This document shows, one piece after another, positions 1 through 7,656 of a stretch of DNA of 11,032 bases. The notes beneath the pieces were generated by a model. It did not search any database, was not told the origin of the DNA, and saw nothing but the letters and a program-made list of their open reading frames with translations. This DNA is from Verrucomicrobiota bacterium (lineage in GTDB: Bacteria > Verrucomicrobiota > Verrucomicrobiia > Verrucomicrobiales > DEV007). Each line of letters opens with the position of its first letter. Within the stretch, counting starts at the first letter, position 1. The position numbers and the translations under genes are program-made. The stretch is from the NCBI GenBank assembly GCA_045046875.1, contig JASFYY010000112.1, positions 1-11,032 of the forward strand, in the 5' to 3' direction.

Positions 1-1749
1 AATGACCGTCGTGATCGAAACCAGGGCTCACGTGGTCAGCGCAGAAATGATCACAAACCCATGCGGGCTGAGGACATCGTGCCACAAGTCGACTTTGTGG
101 TAGAACCCACCAAAGAGGCCGTCCAAGCTCTCTGCAAACACATCCGTTCTACCAATCGTGCGTATGCGATGGCAGAGGTTGCCAAAATGGTGTTGGCTTC
201 AGCGGATCGGTATCGAGTCACTTTCCGTGCCAAATCAAGCAAAACGGAAAAAGCTATCCGCATGGTGCGTTGCAAAATCGACGGATCCGTATGGCTGTCA
301 CGCGAAGAAGCCGTCGCACATTTTCTCAATACTCCCGACTTACTCAAAGAATTCTACCAAGTCGAAGAAGTCAAAACCGAAGCGCCCAAAGGTAATTTTT
401 CGGTAATCGCCGTGTGTGGCCTCTCCGGTACGATACTCGGCCCCCCCAATCACCACGAGTACCAGCAGAATATCAACACCCTGCACCGCGAGCGCTTTGG
501 CAACATGCCGCTTGAAAGATTCAAGTCCCGTATCGAAATGCGTCGTGACGAAGAAACCGTCGAACAGTGGAAAGAACTCATGTCCACGAGCAAACACTAT
601 CAGGTGGTCAACAAAAAGGCTAAAGCGGAAGCGGAAGCTAAACAAACAAGCGACCAGCAAAGCCAGGATCCGGTTACAGAAGGATCTTCAGTCGAATCCA
701 GCAAACAAAAAACTGCCAGCGAAACCCCACAGGAAGAAGCCGTTGTGGACGCAAAGGACAAAGACGTACAAAACAACGATGCCGAGGAAGTCGCACCCAC
801 TGACAATGAAAACCAAAGTCCTAGTGAAGAACCCGTAGCTGACAGCCTATCTGAAGAAAATGCTGACCTTGAAAAAAATGTCAGCACTGATGACGCCCAG
901 GATGCCCAAGCCTCTGCAGGAGGTACGTCCGATGACGAATCCGGTGAAAAAACCGAAAGCCCGGATGAGAAACCTGTCGAGCCACCCATCACCAGTATGA
1001 CCGAGCTGACCCGCCACTTTCGCGAGCATTTTGCCCGGCGAATTTTCAAAGAGGTCGGAGAAACCCGCCTAGCTGGAAACGTTGCAAAAAATGAATTGTC
1101 CCCCGCCCTGTTCGAACGCATGAACGCCGAGATCAATTGGCAAAAACGCGGTTTTCCCCTGCCGATGGTACGCACCCTTTGTCGACGCTTTGAGCATCAG
1201 GGTCTCAAATTTTTCAAACGAGGAGCCAAGGAACTTTTTGTCTCCGCCGCCCGTCCCCGAGCATTGGCCGAAGACACCGTGCTCACTGATCGCCTCTTGG
1301 TAATGCTCAATTATATCAAAGACAAACCCGGCACCCTGGCAGGTGATTTGATCAAACATTTACATACCCAGACAGCTGCTGATGCTGCACCTTCAGCGGT
1401 TAAAAAGGATCAAACCCCTGATACTCCCTCTGACACTGACACCTCAACCGCCAGCGAGCCCACAAAAAGTGAACTCGCCCTGCTCGCTGACCTGCGTTGG
1501 TTATTGGCCGAAGGATATCTGATTGAGTTTCCCAACGCAGAACTGCTTCCGGGAACCGCCGTCAATGCGGACAAACGCAAAAGACGGAACAAACAACGTC
1601 CCAAGAAAAAGGCAGTAATGAAAAAGAAGACAGTTGCCAACACCTCTACAGACAAGCCGAAATCGCCAGTGCTTACTGCTGAGCCAGCCAAAGTTCAGCC
1701 AAAGGAAGACAGCCAAGCAGACAAGCCTAAATCCCAAGAAAAAAAATAA
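1..1749 (+). CDS. Conserved hypothetical protein, 5'-truncated; two predicted folded regions separated by an acidic low-complexity linker, with a basic C-terminal tail
   Basis: Frame 1 is open from base 1 (NDRRDRNQGSRGQRRNDHKP-M61), so the true start probably lies upstream of the window. Ordered-looking segments include CKIDGSVWLSREEAVAH, CGLSGTILGPPNHHEYQ, GLKFFKRG and LLADLRWLLAEGYLIEF. I recall similar motifs from uncharacterised Verrucomicrobiota proteins (not verified). Stop TAA at 1747-1749. Confidence 0.85.
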   Translation, partial: NDRRDRNQGSRGQRRNDHKPMRAEDIVPQVDFVVEPTKEAVQALCKHIRSTNRAYAMAEVAKMVLASADRYRVTFRAKSSKTEKAIRMVRCKIDGSVWLSREEAVAHFLNTPDLLKEFYQVEEVKTEAPKGNFSVIAVCGLSGTILGPPNHHEYQQNINTLHRERFGNMPLERFKSRIEMRRDEETVEQWKELMSTSKHYQVVNKKAKAEAEAKQTSDQQSQDPVTEGSSVESSKQKTASETPQEEAVVDAKDKDVQNNDAEEVAPTDNENQSPSEEPVADSLSEENADLEKNVSTDDAQDAQASAGGTSDDESGEKTESPDEKPVEPPITSMTELTRHFREHFARRIFKEVGETRLAGNVAKNELSPALFERMNAEINWQKRGFPLPMVRTLCRRFEHQGLKFFKRGAKELFVSAARPRALAEDTVLTDRLLVMLNYIKDKPGTLAGDLIKHLHTQTAADAAPSAVKKDQTPDTPSDTDTSTASEPTKSELALLADLRWLLAEGYLIEFPNAELLPGTAVNADKRKRRNKQRPKKKAVMKKKTVANTSTDKPKSPVLTAEPAKVQPKEDSQADKPKSQEKK

Positions 1750-1754
1750 GCGCC

Positions 1755-1768
1755 GCAGTAACAACTGC
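1755..1768. terminator. Weak hairpin between convergent genes, possibly a bidirectional terminator
   Basis: GCAGT-aaca-ACTGC (5-bp stem) in the 19-bp gap between the convergent stops at 1749 and 1769. The T-rich tracts are imperfect. Confidence 0.25.
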
Positions 1769-2173
1769 CTACTTCTTAGCCAAGGCCTTTATCAATTTTT
1801 TCCACTCTTTTTTAGTCGTATTTTGGCGGATGACTTCACGTCCGTCAATTGTGCTGCGACTCACATTGACCAAAGACTGCTCTAGTTCTTTCAAAGCGGC
1901 ATGAACTTCTGCTGGAGTAGCGGAATAATTACTGGCAACTTTATCGAAATCTATAATTTCCTGCTCAATCGCCCCTTTGGCCGACCGGGATTTGAAAGAC
2001 ATGACATTCAAATGATAAACCGCATTGCTTACGGTTGTTGCCCGTGAAGGGTCTTCAATAATAGTTGCAACATCCTTCTGAAACTCCACCAAAACAGCAG
2101 GATCCGAAAGATCAAGATTGGGGGCATTAAGGCCACCCGAAAGTAAAACAAGTACGATAAGTGCGATGATCAT
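1769..2173 (-). CDS. Small exported or membrane-anchored all-alpha hypothetical protein, paralog of 2203..2709
   Basis: 134-aa ORF with a hydrophobic N-terminus (MIIALIVLVLLSGG), amphipathic helical pattern and C-terminal TTKKEW motif. It aligns with the adjacent gene product. Confidence 0.8.
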   Translation of the reverse strand: MIIALIVLVLLSGGLNAPNLDLSDPAVLVEFQKDVATIIEDPSRATTVSNAVYHLNVMSFKSRSAKGAIEQEIIDFDKVASNYSATPAEVHAALKELEQSLVNVSRSTIDGREVIRQNTTKKEWKKLIKALAKK

Positions 2174-2202
2174 AATTATATAACGGTAATAAATTTAAAA
2201 TA

Positions 2203-2709
2203 TTAAGATTCCGAAGCGTGCAGCCCCTGGTAACGATCCGACTGCTGAGCTACAGAATTCATAAATGCTCTTGATATGGCAGGCCACTCTTCCGCGGTGG
2301 CCTGGCCTTTCATCGCCAACAACGCATCAGTCAAACGCCGGCGGCGAGTAGTGGTTTGCCCCTCCCACTCTCTCAAAATAAGATGCAAGTCACCAGCGCT
2401 TTTAGAGTGATTTGCTGAAACCTTCCCAAACTTCTTACTATATTTAAGATAAACCTCATTGATGGCGCCCAATTCCTGCTCCGCAAAACCCACCATATTG
2501 ATCAGCGCCGTTGCGCGATTAAGATCCGGCACCTGCGAATGAATCACCTGCCGCAACTCAACCATTTTCACATTACCCCCAATCGCCTCTGCCCCACTGG
2601 CCGCTTTTTTACTCTGACAAGCAGAAGTGATTAACAAAATCAAAGTGATCGAAGCAAACGCTATGACCGTGTGCATGGCCGGTCGCCAATTATTATTACG
2701 AATTTTCAT
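2203..2709 (-). CDS. Putative lipoprotein, all-alpha, paralog of 1769..2173
   Basis: Hydrophobic stretch ending in a lipobox-like ITSA-C (Cys codon at 2617-2619). The track start at 2736 is TTG; ATG at 2709 (MKIRNN..., basic n-region) or at 2676 is more plausible. C-terminal motif ATAEEW. Confidence 0.8.
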   Translation of the reverse strand: MKIRNNNWRPAMHTVIAFASITLILLITSACQSKKAASGAEAIGGNVKMVELRQVIHSQVPDLNRATALINMVGFAEQELGAINEVYLKYSKKFGKVSANHSKSAGDLHLILREWEGQTTTRRRRLTDALLAMKGQATAEEWPAISRAFMNSVAQQSDRYQGLHASES

Positions 2710-2881
2710 CTTGAATAATGAATAGTGGTCAGCCAAGCCACCGTCAAGCTTTCATGGCATTAATTCAAACATCAGAACTCAAATCCTTCCTATTAAGCAA
2801 GTTCAAATCATACCTTGAGCTGCAGCCTCAAAATAATAAATACCGTTTACCAATTCTGATTAGCCTTTATCTTTAGAGCCC

Positions 2882-3811
2882 ATGCGCACTTTTACCTTTT
2901 TTTCCATCCTCTTGTTCAGCCTGCAAACCCTGCCGGCTCAGCAAAAAAACCATCATAAAAATCCAGAAAAAACTACCAGGTCCTTCACCTGGGTAAATCC
3001 TCTCCCCGCAGCAAAATTTGACAACCTCAATCTGCCTGAAGGACTGCTACACGCGACCTTCACCAGCCCTTCCATGCAGATCAAGGTCGGTTATTACATT
3101 TACCTGCCACCCGGCTACCACAGCTCGGACAAATCCTACCCCGTCGTATATCATTTGCACGGCGGGCGACCTGGATCCGAAAGCAAAAGCATCCGCATCG
3201 CCACTTTTGTCGATCAAGCGATCAAAAACAAACATATCCAAGCAAGCATTTATGTTTTTCCCAATGGCGGACCGGTCAGCTGGTACAACTTTCCTAAAAA
3301 AGAGCATGGACTAGGGGAAGATGTCTTCGTCAAAGAACTCATTCCCCACATTGATAAAAAATGGCGCACTCTCGGCAAAGCTGGCCGTGCCATTGAAGGT
3401 TTCAGTCAAGGCGGACGCGGCACCACACGCATCATGTTCACTTATCCCGAACTGTTTGCCTCTGCCGCCCCCGGCGGATCCGGGTACGGCCCGGAAAAAC
3501 ACATCCAGGAAAATGACGGCTGGGAAAACCCGAAACTTCGTTTTTTGCCTGTAGGATACAATACCTGGGATCTCGCTGCAAAATACGCTCAACGAAAAAA
3601 CCGTCCCAAACTCCCTATTTTATTATGGGTAGGCAATAAAGGATTCAACTACGAATTTAATTTGAAATTTTCGCAATATTTGAATCAACTCAAGGTCCCA
3701 AACAGCTTGTTAGTCGCTGATGGAGTTGAGCACTCTGCTATAAAAAATTACCAAAAGCGCGGCCTGGAACTGATGCAATTTCATCAGAAAAATTTTGCCT
3801 CGGGCAAATAA
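2882..3811 (+). CDS. Secreted alpha/beta-hydrolase, putative esterase (Fes/CE1-like)
   Basis: Sec signal (MRTFTFFSILLFSLQTLPA-Q), YIYLPPGY, YPVVYHLHGG, ELIPHIDKKWRT, nucleophile elbow GFSQGG and C-terminal GVEHS histidine. Confidence 0.9.
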   Translation: MRTFTFFSILLFSLQTLPAQQKNHHKNPEKTTRSFTWVNPLPAAKFDNLNLPEGLLHATFTSPSMQIKVGYYIYLPPGYHSSDKSYPVVYHLHGGRPGSESKSIRIATFVDQAIKNKHIQASIYVFPNGGPVSWYNFPKKEHGLGEDVFVKELIPHIDKKWRTLGKAGRAIEGFSQGGRGTTRIMFTYPELFASAAPGGSGYGPEKHIQENDGWENPKLRFLPVGYNTWDLAAKYAQRKNRPKLPILLWVGNKGFNYEFNLKFSQYLNQLKVPNSLLVADGVEHSAIKNYQKRGLELMQFHQKNFASGK

Positions 3812-3833
3812 TTCTGCAGCCAAGCCAAAACCA

Positions 3834-5357
3834 CTAGACCTTCTCCGGTACCACATAAGGCGCCCGGTAAACCCGCGTTGCCAGTTTGTTAGCCCTGTCG
3901 TCCAAGGTGCCTTCATTGCCTTCGAACCATTCACTGTCCGGGTTAAACTTCAACCACGGCCCGAGACGGATCGTCTCTTTTGACAAATCCACTTCATTAA
4001 GACGCAGATGTTCTTCCATCGCGGCATAACGACCAGCTAGAAAATTATCGCTTTTGATACTCTCACGCACTTCGCCATCGTGCAGCTCTTGGCCCAGTCG
4101 ATGAGAAATCAACCCGGTGTGACACAGCCCGCTAGAAATATGGGTCTCTTCACAATCCGCATGCAAATCAGAAATTTTGCGACTGCGCACAGCTTTAATG
4201 AAATTGGCAAAATGACCGTCGCTACTGGTTGATCCTTCGATTTTGATCAACTCCTTACCCTGGTTATCGGTCACCTTCACTTTGCTCCTGCCGCAATACA
4301 CCCGGCCTCCTTCACACTGAATCACCATGCCGACACCCCCTGCTTTCGGAAACTCCTCTGGATGATCCATGTTTTTCCCCCAGCCACTTTTTCCGCCAGC
4401 CTGCGCTGCTTTATTGTGAGGCAAACCTCGTGTCTCAAAAATCAACGGAGCGGCTTCATAGTCGTGGTAAACCACCTGGGTATTGGGAGTTTCACCATCA
4501 TCCTTATAACCCAGCCGCCCACCGATCGACATCACTCTCGGCGAGAGTTTTTTCTCACCCAAAAACCACCGCGCGACATCCATCTGGTGAATACCCTGAT
4601 TGCCCATGTCGCCGTTGCCATAATCATAAGTCCAATGCCAATCGTAATGCAAATTCTCCCGCCGTAGGGGTTTCTGCATCGGAGCCGGCCCGCACCACAA
4701 ATCGTAATTCAAACCCGCTGGAATTTCGCCGCCACCATCACCCACCAAACCGATCGAAGGACGCGGATTATAACAAGTACCCTTAGCCCATAAAATTTTT
4801 CCAAGCGCCCCGCTTTTCACATAAGCCACCGCATTGGCAATCTGCTCGATGGATCGACTCTGCGTTCCTCCCTGACAGATAAGATTGTATTTACGCGCCG
4901 TCTTCACCAACTGACGACCTTCCCAAACATTGTGGGAAACCGGTTTTTCCACATAAGCATCCTTGCCTGCCTGCATCGCCCAAATTCCCGCCAGCGAATG
5001 CCAATGATTCGGAGTGGCCGTGGAAAAAGCATCGATATCGGCCTTATCAAACATCTCTCTCATATCAGAATAACTCTCCACATTCATCTTCTGCTGAGCA
5101 GAAAGTAAAGTGTTGCGAGCATCTAAATAAGAGGGATCTACGTCGCACAACGCCGCCACTCTCACCCCTTTGGCATTCACAAAACCCTTGATATGTGCCT
5201 GGCCTCTCCCTTTTACCCCTACAATTCCAACCCGGATATCATCATTAGCACCAATTACTTTGGAATTGGGCCAGGCTAAGGCTGCTCCAAAGCCGGCTCC
5301 GTATTTCAAAAACTTACGACGTGAGGAAGCCGGCTGCGAACTAAGGGGGGTTTTCAT
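3834..5357 (-). CDS. Tat-exported Gfo/Idh/MocA-family NAD(P)-dependent oxidoreductase (downstream copy)
   Basis: Twin-arginine motif SRRKFLK, Rossmann motif VGIVGVKGRG, ATPNHWH, YVEKP, GTQSRS, YDLWCGP and YGNGDMGNQGIHQMD. Confidence 0.93.
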   Translation of the reverse strand: MKTPLSSQPASSRRKFLKYGAGFGAALAWPNSKVIGANDDIRVGIVGVKGRGQAHIKGFVNAKGVRVAALCDVDPSYLDARNTLLSAQQKMNVESYSDMREMFDKADIDAFSTATPNHWHSLAGIWAMQAGKDAYVEKPVSHNVWEGRQLVKTARKYNLICQGGTQSRSIEQIANAVAYVKSGALGKILWAKGTCYNPRPSIGLVGDGGGEIPAGLNYDLWCGPAPMQKPLRRENLHYDWHWTYDYGNGDMGNQGIHQMDVARWFLGEKKLSPRVMSIGGRLGYKDDGETPNTQVVYHDYEAAPLIFETRGLPHNKAAQAGGKSGWGKNMDHPEEFPKAGGVGMVIQCEGGRVYCGRSKVKVTDNQGKELIKIEGSTSSDGHFANFIKAVRSRKISDLHADCEETHISSGLCHTGLISHRLGQELHDGEVRESIKSDNFLAGRYAAMEEHLRLNEVDLSKETIRLGPWLKFNPDSEWFEGNEGTLDDRANKLATRVYRAPYVVPEKV

Positions 5358-5405
5358 AATAACAAAACCAACAAGCGAATGCCTGCTTTTGCAAACGATG
5401 CTGAC

Positions 5406-5439
5406 AAATAAAAAGGCACTGCCGTTTCCAGCAGTGCCT
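5406..5439 (-). terminator. Rho-independent terminator downstream of 5480..7006
   Basis: Minus strand reads AGGCACTGCTG-GAAA-CGGCAGTGCCT-TTTTATTT: an 11-bp stem with one G.U pair, a GAAA tetraloop and a U-tract, about 40 nt after the stop codon. Confidence 0.85.
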
Positions 5440-5479
5440 CATTAGGGCCGCAGCCCTTAAATACCAAATACCCGTCGTT

Positions 5480-7006
5480 TTAGATTTTTTCTGGAACAAC
5501 GTATGGCTCACGATAACTTTCCTTAGCCAGTTGATTGGCTTTCTGATCAATCGCATCACCGTTTTTCTCAAACTGCTCGTTCTCCGGATTGAATTTCAAC
5601 CACGGCCCAAGAGTGATATTGTCTTTCTCCAGATTAACATCGTTTGCCATCAAATGCTCAGCCATCGCAGCGTAACGTCCAGCGAGGAAATTATCGCTCT
5701 TGATTTTTTCACGAACTTCTTCGTCATGAGCATCCTTACCCATGAAGTGGGAAATCATGCCAGTGTGACACAGAGCACTTGAAATGTGGGTCTCTTCACA
5801 ATCCGCGTGCAAATCGGAAACCTTACGGCTGCGCACCGCTTGAATGAAGTTTTTAAAATGATCGGGCTCCAATGCCTGGTCATTGTCATTTGGTGGTTTG
5901 ATCTGAGTCATTTCCACTCCCTTGTTATCAGTCACTTTCACCTTTCCGCCAGACGAACAATACACCCGCCCCTCTTCACACTGCACCACCACAGCCACAC
6001 CTCCTAATTCAGGGAACTCCTCCGGATGATTCATGTTTTTACCCCAAGCCGTTTCCTGGGATTCTTTGTCCCGTGGTAAACCGCGGGTTTCAAAAATCAA
6101 CGGAGCGCTATCGTAGTCGTGATAAACAATCTGAGTATTGGGCGTTTCACCATCATCTTCATAACCCAGACGTCCACCGATCGACATCACCCGGGGAGAC
6201 AACTTTTTTTCTCCCAAAAACCAGCGACCCACGTCCATCTGGTGAATTCCCTGGTTGCCCATATCTCCATTACCGTAAGCATAAAACCAATGCCAGTCGT
6301 AATGCAATCTTTTGCGTTTGAGCGGTTTTTCAATCGGTCGGGGTCCGCACCACAAATCGTAATCCAGACCCGGAGGGATCTCGCCACCTCCACCCAAACC
6401 AATCGGCGGGCGACCTTTATAACACATACCTTTGACAAACTGAATTTTACCAAGTTTCCCTGCGTGCACATAATCCACCGCAGCGCGAATGGTCGGCATC
6501 GAACGACTTTGCGTGCCTCCCTGACAGATGCGATTGTATTTACGTGCGGTTTTAACCACCTGACGCCCTTCCCAGACATTGTGCGAAATCGGTTTTTCGA
6601 CATATGCATCCTTACCCGCCTGCATCGCCCAAATCCCTGCCAGAGAATGCCAGTGATTCGGAGTCGCCACGCTGATCGCATCGATGTCACCTTTTTCGAG
6701 CATCTCACGCATGTCGGAAAAACCTTTCACCGTGATCTTCTGTTGCGCCGAAAGCAACGTGGTACGGGCATCCAGTAAATCAGGAGCAATATCACAAATC
6801 GCCGCTACCCGGGCATCCTTCATCCGCGAAAAAGCGTTAAGGTGATGGCGTCCGCGGCCATTGACGCCGATCACACCCACACGGATGTCATCATTGGCTC
6901 CCAACACGGTGGAATTAGGCCAAGCCAGAGCAGCGCCAAAGCCGGCACCGTATTTGAGGAATTTACGACGTGAGGAAGTTGTACTTCCGGAGGTTTCTTT
7001 TTTCAT
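5480..7006 (-). CDS. Tat-exported Gfo/Idh/MocA-family NAD(P)-dependent oxidoreductase (upstream copy)
   Basis: SRRKFLK, VGVIGVNGRG, ATPNHWH, YVEKP, GTQSRS, LDYDLWCGP and YGNGDMGNQGIHQMD. Colinear with 3834..5357 over its full length. Confidence 0.93.
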   Translation of the reverse strand: MKKETSGSTTSSRRKFLKYGAGFGAALAWPNSTVLGANDDIRVGVIGVNGRGRHHLNAFSRMKDARVAAICDIAPDLLDARTTLLSAQQKITVKGFSDMREMLEKGDIDAISVATPNHWHSLAGIWAMQAGKDAYVEKPISHNVWEGRQVVKTARKYNRICQGGTQSRSMPTIRAAVDYVHAGKLGKIQFVKGMCYKGRPPIGLGGGGEIPPGLDYDLWCGPRPIEKPLKRKRLHYDWHWFYAYGNGDMGNQGIHQMDVGRWFLGEKKLSPRVMSIGGRLGYEDDGETPNTQIVYHDYDSAPLIFETRGLPRDKESQETAWGKNMNHPEEFPELGGVAVVVQCEEGRVYCSSGGKVKVTDNKGVEMTQIKPPNDNDQALEPDHFKNFIQAVRSRKVSDLHADCEETHISSALCHTGMISHFMGKDAHDEEVREKIKSDNFLAGRYAAMAEHLMANDVNLEKDNITLGPWLKFNPENEQFEKNGDAIDQKANQLAKESYREPYVVPEKI

Positions 7007-7087
7007 AATGTGGTAGCTAAATACGTTTTATAAACTTTATCAAATCGGCATCGTAAAAAAATGATGCCTGCGGAACAACAAAAGCCT

Positions 7088-7642
7088 TCAGGAAAGCATC
7101 TCACTCTGGGTTTTTGCTTTCTGTTTCTCCCGTGCTTCCCGGAAAAATGTCTGTATCAATAGGCGCGACTCCTCCTCCATTACTCCGGCAGTCACCTCCG
7201 CAGCGTGATTCAAGGTTGGCTGTTGCAATAAATTGATAAATCCACCGGCAGCACCCCCTTTTTCATCACCGCAGCCAAAGATCACCCGCTCTATGCGACA
7301 ATGCACAATCGCACCCGCGCACATCGGACAAGGCTCCTTCGATACGTAAAGCTGGCAATCCGTCAGCCGCCAATCACCCAACACACTCTGCGCCTGGGTC
7401 AGTGCCAGCATCTCGGCGTGCGCCGTAGCGTCTTTGAGCGTTTCCACCTGATTCGATGCCCGGGCAATGATCTGACTGTCCCTAACGATCACCGCACCCA
7501 CCGGCACCTCCTCCGCCAAATAAGCTTTCTGCGCCTGCCGCAGCGCTTGGCTCATGAAAAAAGTATCGCTTTCGAGATCAATGATCTTCTCGAATTCCGC
7601 GACGGCCTCACGGTCAGAGTCACTCAAATTAATGTTATCCAT
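7088..7642 (-). CDS. tadA: tRNA adenosine(34) deaminase TadA
   Basis: FMSQAL..A, EVPVGAVIV, DATAHAE, WRLTDCQLYV, EPCPMCAGA, LNH and C-terminal FFREAR. ATG at 7642; alternative GTG at 7645. Confidence 0.92.
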   Translation of the reverse strand: MDNINLSDSDREAVAEFEKIIDLESDTFFMSQALRQAQKAYLAEEVPVGAVIVRDSQIIARASNQVETLKDATAHAEMLALTQAQSVLGDWRLTDCQLYVSKEPCPMCAGAIVHCRIERVIFGCGDEKGGAAGGFINLLQQPTLNHAAEVTAGVMEEESRLLIQTFFREAREKQKAKTQSEMLS

Positions 7643-7656
7643 CACTCGCTTATAAA

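Noticed and set aside
600..1175. 191-aa Ser-rich antisense ORF
   Set aside because: It is the mirror image of the acidic low-complexity linker of 1..1749 and has no independent motifs.
2765..2832. Four TCAAA direct repeats in the divergent intergenic region
   Set aside because: Spacing is irregular (14, 24 and 25 nt), and such 5-mers are expected in AT-rich DNA.
6119..6778. 219-aa plus-strand ORF inside the oxidoreductase, and similar shadow ORFs at 4362-4786 and 6187-6708
   Set aside because: They are antisense or out-of-frame to a well-supported gene, have no recognisable domains, and no equivalent long ORF is preserved in the paralog.
7047..7068. Inverted repeat GGCATCGT-A6-ATGATGCC downstream of tadA as a terminator
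   Set aside because: On the transcribed minus strand the stem has an A-C mismatch and only a short, interrupted U-tract. It is possible but too weak to call.
7088..7642. Deaminase as a possible anti-phage or editing effector
   Set aside because: It has all canonical TadA motifs and normal length, with no fused domains or defence-like neighbours.
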